A stretch of DNA of 64,000 bases, taken from NCBI GenBank assembly GCA_964575455.1, contig CAZNRX010000002.1, positions 35,539 to 99,538 of the forward strand. Direction: 5' to 3'. Every line of letters begins with the position of its first letter. Within the stretch, counting starts at the first letter, position 1. This document shows positions 48,324 through 58,525 of the stretch, in pieces. Below the pieces are notes generated by a model. The model did no database searches and was not told where the DNA came from. It worked only from the letters and a program-made list of their open reading frames with translations. Both the position numbers and the translations under genes were made by a program. Source of the stretch: an uncultured Anaerolineales bacterium (GTDB lineage Bacteria; Chloroflexota; Anaerolineae; B4-G1).

Positions 48324-48638
48324 ATGAAGATTACAACTCTCCAAGCCATCATGGCAGTGTGTATGTTCTTGCTGGGGCTGTCCTCGTGCATAGCTGGGTT
48401 GTGGACGATTCTATCAAGGCAGTATCAGAGGATGTTGAAGAGTATCTCCGCTCAATCGGCGAAGGTCAGCAGTAAAGCGGTCACAGATATAGGCCTGGCA
48501 CCCCTCATCGAGGCGATGTCGGGTCTCGTGGAGGCGATCGACAGATTGGTTCGCACGTCGATCGGCGTGGGGGTCTTCCTCTGTCTGGCAGGAGTGCTTT
48601 TGTGTGTTGCGTCCTTCTGGATGCTCTCGATGCTTTAG
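48324..48638 (+). CDS. Small two-TM hypothetical protein
   Basis: SD plus ATG, two hydrophobic helices, tight spacing within the gene run. Confidence 0.65.
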   Translation: MKITTLQAIMAVCMFLLGLSSCIAGLWTILSRQYQRMLKSISAQSAKVSSKAVTDIGLAPLIEAMSGLVEAIDRLVRTSIGVGVFLCLAGVLLCVASFWMLSML

Positions 48639-48647
48639 GAGACGCTT

Positions 48648-51600
48648 ATGATTGACATTGAGAAGCGAGAGAGCCGAGTCGGGCACCATCACGACTTGGC
48701 TGTGGCTCACCGCGAGTCTGGGTCCGACAAGGAGGCGATGGCCGAATACCGAAGCGCTCTCCATGAGGCGGACCACCTCTATGCGAGGATCTCTCTCGAA
48801 CTGGGTCTGGTGTTTCAGAGCCGCGGGAGCTACGAGAAGGCGTTGGACGCCTTCGAGCGCGGCCTGTCTCGCGTGCCGGATGAGGTCTCCTGTCTCTTCG
48901 CGGCAGGCGTCACGTTGAACCGGCTCGGTCGCTGCGAGGAAGCCCTGGGGAAGCTGGAACAAGCCCTCGATCATGATGTGGATCGAGCGGCGATCTACCA
49001 GGAGATCGGTCAGGCCTATGGGAGGCGCGGTTGGTACAGCGAGGCCTTACAGGCCCTGCAGCAGGCGCTTGAGTTGAGGTCGGCGCAGTCACCGGATCGG
49101 CAGGCGGGGTCGCGTGCGCAAGCGCAGAGACATCTGGGAGCGAGAAGGGCACCGCTCCATCGTGATACCGCTGCTGTCCTGAGCAAGCTCGGGAGACGTG
49201 AGGAGGCCATTGCCCATCTAGAGCAGGCCCTGGAGCTGCTGCCTGAGGAGGCCGCTGAGTCGCCAGCAGGCGGGTTGCCAACCGTTTACCTGACACCCGG
49301 GATCGCCATCAGCGCTCAAATCCCTGAGTCGGGAGCGGAGGTTGTGCCGACGCAGGCTGCCTGGCAGTGCGAATTGGGGGCGCTGTACGAGGATGCGGGG
49401 CGTCTGCGGGAGGCCGTTGATGCCTATCGCGAGGCTGTGTCGCTGCAGCCCAACCATCCTGTTTGCAACCACTATCTTGGTGCGGCCCACAGACGTCTGG
49501 GTGAGCCCAGGTCGACGGCGTCAACCGATGAGGCTGTGCGCTACCTGCGTCGTGCGGTCGAGCTCTCCCCGAATCAAGCCGAGTGGCGCGCCGAGTTGGC
49601 CGAGGCCCTGGCCGCTTCAGAGAGATGGAAACAGGCGCTGAACGAGTACCGTCGTGCCATTGAGATCGACGCTGAAGAAGCTCTCTATCATTATGGTGCC
49701 GGACGCGTGCTCCATCAGCTGGGCGACTATGGCCCGGCACTGCAGGAGCTGGAACGGGCCACGTCGTTATCCCCCAGTCATGCGGCGTCGCATCATCAGA
49801 TCGGTTTGATACACGAGTCTCAAGGGCGATGGGAGGAGGCGCTTGAGCAGTATCAGCTGGCATGTGCCCTGGCGCCGGATCAATCCGTCTACTACAGGGA
49901 TCTCGGTGTGGCGCATGGTCGGCTGCGCAAGCGTGATGGGGACGGTCGCTATCCCAAGGATGGTGATTATCCCCGGGCACTCGAGGCTCTGCGAAAGGCC
50001 GCCCATCTGGAGGAGTCCGCTGATGTCTATGGGCAGCAAGGGATGGTCCACGAGGACTACGAGGCGTACGACGAGGCGCTGAAGGCTTATCGAAAGGCCG
50101 CTCGGTTGGAGCCTGAGAGAGGAGGTGCCTATCGGCTGCGGGCGGGCTTGGTCTGCCAACGTCTGGGACGACATGAGGAAGCGTTGGAGTTCTTGACAGA
50201 GGCCTGTGACCTGCTGCCGCAGGACCCGACGTCTCACTATCATCTGGGCCGAAGCTATGATTGTCTGGGCAGGACGGATGAGGCTCTGGGCGCTTACCGG
50301 AGGGCGGCCAATCTAGCCCCTCACGAGCCAGTCTATCGGCTGGAGCTGGGACGCGCTGCCCACCGTCTTGGCCGATTGAACGAGGCTCAGAATGAGACGC
50401 GGCGGGCGCTCCAGTTGCACCACGATGACGCCGAGATCAGGGCTCAATTGGGGGCCATTGCCGACGCCAGAGGGGATCGTGATGAGGCGCTGGCTCATTA
50501 CCAACGGGCTGCAGAGCTGGGCCCCGACCAGGCGCGCTACGCGATGAAGGTCGCCGCGCTCTATCGGCGGATGGGCCGGTGCGAGGAGGCCCTGGAGGCG
50601 CTCGAAAAGGGCCTACGGGCGGATCCCAAGGATGCCGATCTCCACAATGAGCTGGGCAGACTCCACCAGGATCAGGGCGACGATGAGAGAGCGCTGAAGG
50701 CCTATGAGGAGGCTGTCGCGCTGCAGCCAGGGGAACCGAGGTACCATCGCAACAGGGCCTCTGCCCTCAGAAAGCTGGGGCGCGTTGACGAGGCAGCGAG
50801 CGCGTTGCGGAAGGCGATTCAGCTCGATGATGAATCCGCGGCAGCATATCACCAGTTGGGCGTTGTCCTTGCGCTTCAGGTAGATAGAGGCCATCTGCAG
50901 CGAAAAGAGGAGGCGCTGGAGGCCTTCCGGACGGCGCTGAAGCTCTCGCCGGAGCGTGCAGAGGCGTACTACGATTACGGCCGGTACTGTCAGCGCCTGG
51001 GCGATCATGGAGAGGCGATCAAGGCCTTGAAGCACGCGCTCGATCCTGCTGGCAACGAGCACGGGGGGCGCGACGATGAACGCGCGTCTCGTAGCCGCCT
51101 CGCGCGGGGCCTGGAACACCAGGGACATGATGCGACGCTGGAACGTGCAAGGCACCGGGACAAGCGTCTTCGCCGGTCAGGCTGGCCCGAGGCCTACTAT
51201 CACCTTGGCCGATCCTATCAGTCGAGGGGGGATACGGAGCAGGCTTTGCGGAACTACAGGCGGGCGGCCGAGCTGGCCCCTCAGGAGGCGGCCTACGCAC
51301 GTGCGATCGGTTTGGTCTATCGCAAGTTGGGCAGGATAGACGATGCGATTAGTCGGCTGGAGGAGGCTGTTGCGCTGCGGCCGGAGGATGCTTCGCTGCG
51401 CAGAGAGTTGGGCGACACGTTTGTCGCCAGAAGATGGTTGCCTGAGGCCCTAGATCAGTATCAGGAGGCGGCTCGGCTGGCTCCAGAGGACGCTGTCTGC
51501 CATCGAAGTGTCGGAACGACGTGGCGCGAGCTGGGCGAGCCCGCAAAGGCGATCGACTCCCTTGAGAGAGCGGTTGGGGTGAATCCCGATGATCCGGAGG

Positions 51601-54419
51601 CGCACTTTGAGCTGGGCCGGACGTACCGCCGCTTCGGCCGAGACTGTGAAGCGGTGGCTGAGTATCAGATGGCTGCGAAGTTGGCCCAGGAGAGGCCGGG
51701 ATGTGATGCCACTCCAGTGTATCATCTCCACCTTGCCGAGGCCCTGCACAGCGTCGGTGAGCGAATGGAGGCTACGGAGGCTCTGTCGAAGGCGATCAGC
51801 CTGGATCCAAGCGACGCTCAAGCTCACTATCGTCTGGGCGTGATGCTTGAGGAGGAGGGTGACCTTGAGAGAGCGCTTGCTGAGTATCGGGAAGCGTCGT
51901 CGATCCGCCCGGATCACGTCCGCTATCGTCACAGCATCGGCTCGGTTCTCTATCGTCTGGGGGATTACGGACAGGCCATAGAGGTCCTGCAGGAGGCATT
52001 GGCGCGCCCGCGCTCCCCCCGGGACGGCGGGGATGCCCATGCCCCGTTGGGGCACGCCTACGCCTTGTTGGGGCGCGCTCATGCGGCGTTGGGTGAGCAT
52101 CCCGAGGCCGTCAAAGCCTATCAGCGGGCGATTGCCTTGGCGCCAGAGGCCGCAGCTTACCATCGTGACCTGGGGTGTCTCTTCCAGGAGCTGGGCGACC
52201 GTGAGGCTGCTGCGGAATCCCTGCAGGAAGCGATCTCTCTCGATGAGAACGACGCCGAAGCGCATCAGGCGCTGGGCGAACTCTGGGAAGCGAGCGCAAA
52301 AGGGGACACGAAGGGCGCGAAAGATGGCGATGCCTCGGCTCTGGAAGCGGCGCTTTCCGAGTATCGTCAGGCGGCCGATCTGGCTCCCCATGCGGTGAGG
52401 AGTCTGCGGGCGTGTGGACGGGTTCTTCGCAAGCTCGGGCGCTATGAGGAGGCCGGGGAGGCCTTGGAGGAGGCTCTGAGGGTCGACCGAGAGCATGCAG
52501 CGTCGCACTATGAGCTAGGGCTCACGCTTGAGGCCCAGGATCAGTGTGAGGCTGCGCGCTCGCACTACAAGGACGCCATTGCGTTGAGCCCCGACAGACC
52601 GGAGTATCGCGTCCGATTGGGCGCTGTCTGGCGGAAGATCGGGCTAAGAGAGCGCGTGCTGCAGCAGGTGGGGGCGTCTGATAGGTGCGTCGCACCAACG
52701 GCAGGTGCAACGCACCGGGGTGAACGCGACCTCGACGAGGGGATTGCCTCTCTTCAGACGGCTGTGGAGCTGGGGGAGGAGTCACCAGCTCTCCATGCAG
52801 AGCTCGGCACACTTCTGTTCTTGCGCGGCCGCCTGGATGAGGCGGTGCCCAAGCTGCGCAGGGCGCTCGAAGCAGCGCCCGAGAACGCTTTCCCCCATCG
52901 GGCGTTGGGCATGGCCTATCGGGAAATCGGTGACTACGAGGGCAGCGTTCGGGAGCTGCGCATGGCGGAGAGCCTTGAGCCTGAGTCCGCTGAGACTCAG
53001 TATGAGCTGGCTCTCACGTTGGAGGGACACGAAGAGGAACACGAAGGGCACGAAAGGGGACACAAAGGGCGCGAAGAAGGACACGAAAGAACCGAGGTCG
53101 GTGCTTCGAAGGGCGAGGCTTTGGAGGCTTTCAGGCGGGCGACGCATCTGGCTCCATCCTGTGCGATCTATCATTATGCCCTGGGCGAGAGGTTGCTGAG
53201 AAGCGGTCGCTATGATCAGGCTGAGGCCTCGCTGGAGGAGGCTTTGAAGCTAGAGCCTGGTGTTGCCTCCTGGTCCGCCACGCTGGGTGACGTGTACGCC
53301 GAGCAGAGCCGTTATGACGTCGCCCTGGAGCAGTATGAGCAGGCCTTGGAGTCGCAGCCGGAGGAGGTGGCCTACCTCCATCGAGCGGCTCTGGCCCACA
53401 ATCACCTTGGGCGCGAGGGGCAGGGTGGTTGGCGTCGCAGCCGTGAGCTGCTGGAGCAGGCCGTGGCGCTGGATCCGGGCAACGCCGAGATCCTCTCCGA
53501 TCTCGGTGACGTCTACTACCGTCAGGGCCAGTATCGCGACGCTGAGGAGATGTACACCCGGGCGGCTCAGCTGGAGCCAGAGAATCCGTCCCACCTGCTT
53601 GATCTCGGCCAGGTGGCCATTGAGCAGGGCGAAACTGACGAGGCCTTGAGCAAATTCAAGGAAGCTGTTGAGCGGGGCGAGGACTACACGCCAGCGTATG
53701 AGCGCATAGGCGCATTGTACGAGCGGAAGCAGCAGTGGGGCAAGTCTCTAGAGGCGTATCGCCAGGCGATAGCCCTACAGCCCGATCATGCTCTCTTCCA
53801 TTTCAAGGTCGGCGGCATTCATAAGCACCTGGGCCAGTACGAGGAGGCCGCTGAACAGCTGGAGAGGGCGGTCGAGCTGGATCCCACGATGACCGAGGGC
53901 TATGGCCAGTTGGGCGAGGCGTATGAGGCCCAACAGCGGTACGACGAAGCGATGCAGGCGTACGAACACGCGATTGTGATAGCTCCGCAGGAGGCGGCTC
54001 ATCACGAACGCATGGGCAGGCTCTGTCGCAGGCTTGGGCATCTGGACAAGGCCCTGGTCCACCTCCGCGAGCTGGTCGAGCTCGATCCGGAGGATCCGAC
54101 AGCCTATTACGAGCTGGGTAAGGTCTATGAAGCCCGTGAGGCGTGTGACGATGCGCTGGAGGCCTACCTGGAGGCGTGCGAACGGGATGCCGGCGAGGCC
54201 GAATATCACTACAGCGCCGGCGTGATGTACAAGCATCTGAAGCGGTATCCGGAGGCTGCTGCCAAGCTGCGCAGGGCTATCAAGCTGCAGCCTGGTCACG
54301 CTGATGCTTACAAGCAGTGGGCTGCGGTGAGCGCTATGTCATTTATCTGGCGCGAACGTAGGGAGACGACGGGGGCAGGGAGCGGGGGAAGGGGTGGAGG
54401 TGCGTCGCACGCGGCTTAG
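48648..54419 (+). CDS. Giant tetratricopeptide repeat protein (1923 aa)
   Basis: Dozens of consecutive roughly 34-aa repeats (..LG..Y...G....A...Y..A..L.P); no signal peptide or catalytic domain seen. Confidence 0.92.
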   Translation: MIDIEKRESRVGHHHDLAVAHRESGSDKEAMAEYRSALHEADHLYARISLELGLVFQSRGSYEKALDAFERGLSRVPDEVSCLFAAGVTLNRLGRCEEALGKLEQALDHDVDRAAIYQEIGQAYGRRGWYSEALQALQQALELRSAQSPDRQAGSRAQAQRHLGARRAPLHRDTAAVLSKLGRREEAIAHLEQALELLPEEAAESPAGGLPTVYLTPGIAISAQIPESGAEVVPTQAAWQCELGALYEDAGRLREAVDAYREAVSLQPNHPVCNHYLGAAHRRLGEPRSTASTDEAVRYLRRAVELSPNQAEWRAELAEALAASERWKQALNEYRRAIEIDAEEALYHYGAGRVLHQLGDYGPALQELERATSLSPSHAASHHQIGLIHESQGRWEEALEQYQLACALAPDQSVYYRDLGVAHGRLRKRDGDGRYPKDGDYPRALEALRKAAHLEESADVYGQQGMVHEDYEAYDEALKAYRKAARLEPERGGAYRLRAGLVCQRLGRHEEALEFLTEACDLLPQDPTSHYHLGRSYDCLGRTDEALGAYRRAANLAPHEPVYRLELGRAAHRLGRLNEAQNETRRALQLHHDDAEIRAQLGAIADARGDRDEALAHYQRAAELGPDQARYAMKVAALYRRMGRCEEALEALEKGLRADPKDADLHNELGRLHQDQGDDERALKAYEEAVALQPGEPRYHRNRASALRKLGRVDEAASALRKAIQLDDESAAAYHQLGVVLALQVDRGHLQRKEEALEAFRTALKLSPERAEAYYDYGRYCQRLGDHGEAIKALKHALDPAGNEHGGRDDERASRSRLARGLEHQGHDATLERARHRDKRLRRSGWPEAYYHLGRSYQSRGDTEQALRNYRRAAELAPQEAAYARAIGLVYRKLGRIDDAISRLEEAVALRPEDASLRRELGDTFVARRWLPEALDQYQEAARLAPEDAVCHRSVGTTWRELGEPAKAIDSLERAVGVNPDDPEAHFELGRTYRRFGRDCEAVAEYQMAAKLAQERPGCDATPVYHLHLAEALHSVGERMEATEALSKAISLDPSDAQAHYRLGVMLEEEGDLERALAEYREASSIRPDHVRYRHSIGSVLYRLGDYGQAIEVLQEALARPRSPRDGGDAHAPLGHAYALLGRAHAALGEHPEAVKAYQRAIALAPEAAAYHRDLGCLFQELGDREAAAESLQEAISLDENDAEAHQALGELWEASAKGDTKGAKDGDASALEAALSEYRQAADLAPHAVRSLRACGRVLRKLGRYEEAGEALEEALRVDREHAASHYELGLTLEAQDQCEAARSHYKDAIALSPDRPEYRVRLGAVWRKIGLRERVLQQVGASDRCVAPTAGATHRGERDLDEGIASLQTAVELGEESPALHAELGTLLFLRGRLDEAVPKLRRALEAAPENAFPHRALGMAYREIGDYEGSVRELRMAESLEPESAETQYELALTLEGHEEEHEGHERGHKGREEGHERTEVGASKGEALEAFRRATHLAPSCAIYHYALGERLLRSGRYDQAEASLEEALKLEPGVASWSATLGDVYAEQSRYDVALEQYEQALESQPEEVAYLHRAALAHNHLGREGQGGWRRSRELLEQAVALDPGNAEILSDLGDVYYRQGQYRDAEEMYTRAAQLEPENPSHLLDLGQVAIEQGETDEALSKFKEAVERGEDYTPAYERIGALYERKQQWGKSLEAYRQAIALQPDHALFHFKVGGIHKHLGQYEEAAEQLERAVELDPTMTEGYGQLGEAYEAQQRYDEAMQAYEHAIVIAPQEAAHHERMGRLCRRLGHLDKALVHLRELVELDPEDPTAYYELGKVYEAREACDDALEAYLEACERDAGEAEYHYSAGVMYKHLKRYPEAAAKLRRAIKLQPGHADAYKQWAAVSAMSFIWRERRETTGAGSGGRGGGASHAA

Positions 54420-54464
54420 CTTCGCACGCTGGGCACGTGCAACGCACCGGTGGGAGGTAAGGAT

Positions 54465-56627
54465 ATGTCGTCAGCGACCAGGTCGACCCAAGATCAGGGG
54501 GCGAAGGTGGTGCAGGAAGCGCAGATGGAGGTGGATCGTCTGATCGCCACGCTCGCCAGCGACGGGCCGACGGGGGACACGAAAGACAACGCGAAGGACA
54601 CGAAGGACACGAGAGCGCCTGAGCACGCTGTGCAGGTGCCGTGGCCGGACGGCGCGTTTGAGAGCATAGAGCTTGGGAACACGAGGGACACGAACGGCGC
54701 GAAGGCACCCGAGGCGGATGAGCCTCGCCTGGCGAGCTCAGACACTGCGTTTGTGCATCTGATCATCTCCAGCAAACGAGCGCTGACGAGGAGATATGGC
54801 AGGCTTGGTTTTCAGCAGCTGGACAGCGATCTGCGCGACCTCAAACAGGCGATCGAGGCTGGGAGTAGGCGGTCTGGGGGCGGACTGCACGTCGGAAGTG
54901 AAAGCCAACCCGGGAGTACACGGCACTCCGGGAGTACACGGCACTCCTATGCTGATCTGGAGGTTATCGTAGCTTACGTCGATGATGAGGCGTCTATGGC
55001 CCGATTTGGGCTCCAGCCTGTGGATCCGACCAACCCATGGCAGGTAAAGAAGCTCGTGGACAGCCTGGATGCTCGGCTCGCTGAGCAAGGGGGGGAGGTC
55101 CGATACTTGCTGATCGTTGGCGGGGATGGGATCATCCCTTTTCATCGCTTGCCCAACCCGGTCGACGACCAGGATTCGGATGTCCCTTCTGACAATCCGT
55201 ACGCCAGTCGGGATGCCAACTATCTGATACCGGAGCGAGCGGTTGGTAGGATGCCTGATGGTGAGAAGGATGGCGCCGGATTCCTCCATAACCTCATTCG
55301 GACCGCGGCGGAGGCCCATCGTCAGTATGGGAGCTCCACCCAGGATAGCCCCCTCAGTGCGGCATCCAAGGGGTTGCTCAGTGTCTTGAGCGCAGTCCTT
55401 GACAGGATAAGACAGCCTGATAGGAACGGCCACGAGCTGGGGTATTCGGCCAGCATCTGGCGGAAGGCATCGCGTGCAGTTTTTCGCGTTATTGCTGATG
55501 ATGTCGATGTGCAATTGAGGACGTGTCCGCCTCTGACGTATGAGGGCTTCCAAGTCGTGGAATCGCCCCATCTCAGCTATTTCAACCTGCACGGTATTGA
55601 GGATGGGCCAAACTGGTACGGACAGCGGGATACTCTCTTCCCGGCTGACTACCCGCTCTTTCCATTGGCTCTGCGACCTCAGGATCCAGGCATCGATGAG
55701 CACGCCAACTCCGTGGTCTTCACCGAGGCTTGCTACGGGGCGAACATCCTGGGGAAGAGCGAGGGCGACTCGATTGCGCTGCGGTTGATGGGTGTGGGGG
55801 CGTTGGCCGTGGTCGGCTCGACTAAGGTCTCCTATGGCTCGATCGCTCCACCTCTGCTGAGTGCAGATCTCGTTGGTAAGCACTTCTGGGAGGGACTGCT
55901 GGTCGGGAGCAAGCGCCATGCCAAGGGGGTAGAGGACGCTCCTATGACGGTTGGCGAGGCCTTGCGACATGCCAAGGTGAGCCTGGCAAGCGAGATGCAG
56001 GAGCGAGAGGGCTACCTGGACGATGAGGATCAGAAGGCCCTTATTAGCTTCGTTCTGTATGGAGATCCTTCGCTGCCGATCACCTCGATTCACGTGGGGG
56101 CGGCGGTGAGCGCCTCGTCTGCTCGTCTCTGTTCTCCGATCATCTGTTCGGACAGGGCGGGTGTCTATCTCGATGCGGTCACGCCGGGGCTAGACGCCAC
56201 GTCTGTGCAGAAGGGTCTACCAGCGAAGCCTGCCTCGGACGAGCTGGTGACCAGGGTGAAGGCTCGCATTGAGACGAGCCTGCCCCATATGTCGCACGCA
56301 AAGGTGCGAGCGAGGCCGTTGACGATGTGCACCGTCGTGTGCGAGGACGGCGACTGTTACCTGTTCGATGAGGGGAGGCGAAGGGGGACGGGGGGGCGTC
56401 GTGCTGTCAGCACCTTCGACGTGCCGCTCTCGCTCGAGCAGAAGGGCTTGAACCGGGAGGGAAGGGGCTGGGCTCTGACGCTGCAGAAGGACATTGCGGT
56501 TAGCGAGTACGAAGGGGACATGCGAGGCGGCGGGCGAGATCGCCCAGGCCCCCACGCGCACCATCAGGTGGTCAAGGTGGTTGTGGACAAGAGTGGGCAT
56601 ATACTGAAGATGGCTGTATCGAAGTAG
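54465..56627 (+). CDS. Cytoplasmic peptidase C25 (gingipain/caspase-hemoglobinase fold) family protein
   Basis: YLLIVGGDGIIPF, SDNPYA, AVGRMP, FNLHG (His, 55590), TEACYG (Cys, 55731), VGEAL..AK, FVLYGDP; no signal peptide. Confidence 0.8.
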   Translation: MSSATRSTQDQGAKVVQEAQMEVDRLIATLASDGPTGDTKDNAKDTKDTRAPEHAVQVPWPDGAFESIELGNTRDTNGAKAPEADEPRLASSDTAFVHLIISSKRALTRRYGRLGFQQLDSDLRDLKQAIEAGSRRSGGGLHVGSESQPGSTRHSGSTRHSYADLEVIVAYVDDEASMARFGLQPVDPTNPWQVKKLVDSLDARLAEQGGEVRYLLIVGGDGIIPFHRLPNPVDDQDSDVPSDNPYASRDANYLIPERAVGRMPDGEKDGAGFLHNLIRTAAEAHRQYGSSTQDSPLSAASKGLLSVLSAVLDRIRQPDRNGHELGYSASIWRKASRAVFRVIADDVDVQLRTCPPLTYEGFQVVESPHLSYFNLHGIEDGPNWYGQRDTLFPADYPLFPLALRPQDPGIDEHANSVVFTEACYGANILGKSEGDSIALRLMGVGALAVVGSTKVSYGSIAPPLLSADLVGKHFWEGLLVGSKRHAKGVEDAPMTVGEALRHAKVSLASEMQEREGYLDDEDQKALISFVLYGDPSLPITSIHVGAAVSASSARLCSPIICSDRAGVYLDAVTPGLDATSVQKGLPAKPASDELVTRVKARIETSLPHMSHAKVRARPLTMCTVVCEDGDCYLFDEGRRRGTGGRRAVSTFDVPLSLEQKGLNREGRGWALTLQKDIAVSEYEGDMRGGGRDRPGPHAHHQVVKVVVDKSGHILKMAVSK

Positions 56628-56646
56628 GTGTGGGGCTCGAAAGACG

Positions 56647-57117
56647 ATGTTGATAGGTGAATTTCGCTGCAGCACTGACGGTGAGGGCCGCTTGATGATC
56701 CCCTCGGCGTTCCGTGACGACCTCGTCGAGGGCGCGACGGTGACGCGCGGCATCGAACGGTGTCTGTTGGTCTATCCTGCCACCGAGTGGCGGACGCTTG
56801 CAGAGAGGATACGGCGTCTGCCCCTGACTAATCAGTCTGCCCGTGCCTTCAATCGCTTCATCTTCTCGGGAGCTGCGGTCTGCCCATGCGGTCATACCGG
56901 GAAGACGAAGAGCGCGAAGGACGCGAATGAGTTGCCGAGCAGGCTGCCTTTGCCCGATCAGCTGCGCCGGTACGCGCACATTGAGGAGGAGGCCATCGTC
57001 GTCGGTCTTCTCTCTCACCTGGAAATATGGTCTCCCGAGCGGTGGCGGAGAGCCAAGTCCTCCTTCGTCGAAGAGGGCGTTGCTCTGGCGGAGGCGTTGA
57101 GTGAATCTGGGATCTAG
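56647..57117 (+). CDS. mraZ: MraZ-like transcriptional regulator
   Basis: MLIGEF...DGEGRLMIP..FR, TRGIERCLLVYP..EW, LEIWSPERW. Confidence 0.85.
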   Translation: MLIGEFRCSTDGEGRLMIPSAFRDDLVEGATVTRGIERCLLVYPATEWRTLAERIRRLPLTNQSARAFNRFIFSGAAVCPCGHTGKTKSAKDANELPSRLPLPDQLRRYAHIEEEAIVVGLLSHLEIWSPERWRRAKSSFVEEGVALAEALSESGI

Positions 57118-57194
57118 AACACGAAGACACGAGAGACACGAACTGGAAGCTGAAGAGCGCGAAGAGCACAGAATGGAGCAGGGGGAGGTCAATC

Positions 57195-58523
57195 ATGGGT
57201 GAAGTGATGAGGGGGATAGGCACCAAACACGAAGAACGCGAAATCTCGGGGCTGGGCGGCGTTCCTGAGCTTGTGAAAGGGTCGGGGCGGCAGGCAGCAT
57301 CTGATAGGTGCCCCGCACGCACGGAACGTGCAGGGCACCGAGGTGGCGCATCCATCAAGGTGATCGGTTTGGGCGGTGCTGGCAGCAACGCGGTCGATCG
57401 GATGATTCAGGTGGGCATCCCGGAGGTCGACTTCATCGCTGCTAACACGGATGCCCAGGCGTTGACCAGATCGGAAGCGCCGTGTAAGATCGTGCTGGGC
57501 GAGAGGTTCGCCGGCGGCTTAGGAGCTGGCGGAGATCCCCTTGTCGGAACTGAGGCCGCTGAGCGGAGCCGGGAGAGGCTCTGCGAGGCGCTTCGTGGTG
57601 CTGACATGGTCTTCATCGCCGCGGGAATGGGAGGTGGCACGGGCACGGGGGCCTCCCCCGTCGTGGCTCAAGTCGCCCGAGAACAGGATGCACTCACGAT
57701 TGCGGTGGTCACGCGGCCCTTCTCGTTCGAGGGGAGCCGGCGCGAGGCAGTGGCTGAGGAGGGGATCAGGCATCTCCAGAAGGAGGTGGATACCCTGGTG
57801 GTCGTCTCCAACGATCGGCTGCTTGACGTGGTCAACCAACGGGTCTCCCTGGACGTCGCCTTCCGCATCGCCGATGAGGTGCTGCGCCAGGGCATTCAAG
57901 GTATCTCTGAGCTGGTGACCCAGCCTGGGTTGATCAACCTCGACTTCGCCGACGTCAAGTCGATCATGGTCGGTCGCCCGGGAACCCGAAAGGCGCGAAA
58001 GGGATGTATGGGAGCGCTGGTATCCATCGGCTGTGGAGAGGGGAAGGACAAAGCGCTGGAGGCAGCCAGGATAGCGCTTGGCAGCCCACTCCTCGACGTT
58101 GCGTCGGTGAAGGGAAGCGATGGTCTGCTGGTCAACTTGACGGGAGGCGAGGATCTCACCTTGGCGGAGGTAGACAGTGCCATGCAGATGATATCTGGTG
58201 CGGCGATGCCGCACGCCGAGATCCTCTTCGGGGCTGTCATCGATCCGAAGATGGAGAATCGCGTTCAGATCACGCTGATCGCTACCGGCCTGGCGATTGA
58301 CGACGAAAAGCACGGAGAGAGTGAACGGCCTGGGGACGGGCGCCGCGCCGGGAGTGAACGCCACTCCGGGAGTAACCACCACTCCCAGCATCCTCGAGCA
58401 TCCACTCCAGTGCCGTTTGACTCGGCCGTGATGTTCGGCCCGGGCATGGGCCGCGAGAGAGGGCTGCTTGCGGAGGCTGTGCCGGCTTTCTTGCGCCAGA
58501 GAGAGGCTGGGAGGCAGGGCTGA
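57195..58523 (+). CDS. ftsZ: Cell division protein FtsZ
   Basis: [30 protein letters not shown] tubulin signature, INLDFADV T7 loop, C-terminal VPAFLR. Confidence 0.93.
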   Translation: MGEVMRGIGTKHEEREISGLGGVPELVKGSGRQAASDRCPARTERAGHRGGASIKVIGLGGAGSNAVDRMIQVGIPEVDFIAANTDAQALTRSEAPCKIVLGERFAGGLGAGGDPLVGTEAAERSRERLCEALRGADMVFIAAGMGGGTGTGASPVVAQVAREQDALTIAVVTRPFSFEGSRREAVAEEGIRHLQKEVDTLVVVSNDRLLDVVNQRVSLDVAFRIADEVLRQGIQGISELVTQPGLINLDFADVKSIMVGRPGTRKARKGCMGALVSIGCGEGKDKALEAARIALGSPLLDVASVKGSDGLLVNLTGGEDLTLAEVDSAMQMISGAAMPHAEILFGAVIDPKMENRVQITLIATGLAIDDEKHGESERPGDGRRAGSERHSGSNHHSQHPRASTPVPFDSAVMFGPGMGRERGLLAEAVPAFLRQREAGRQG

Positions 58524-58525
58524 CA

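Noticed and set aside
48648-54419. TPR protein as a NACHT/STAND or CHAT-type immune effector
   Set aside because: No P-loop NTPase or CHAT catalytic motifs seen in this ORF; it appears to be repeats only.
54431-54445. GG-N10-GC sigma54-like site upstream of the C25 gene
   Set aside because: Poor -12 (ACGC), the predicted TSS would cut the SD, and the sequence belongs to the REP-like family.
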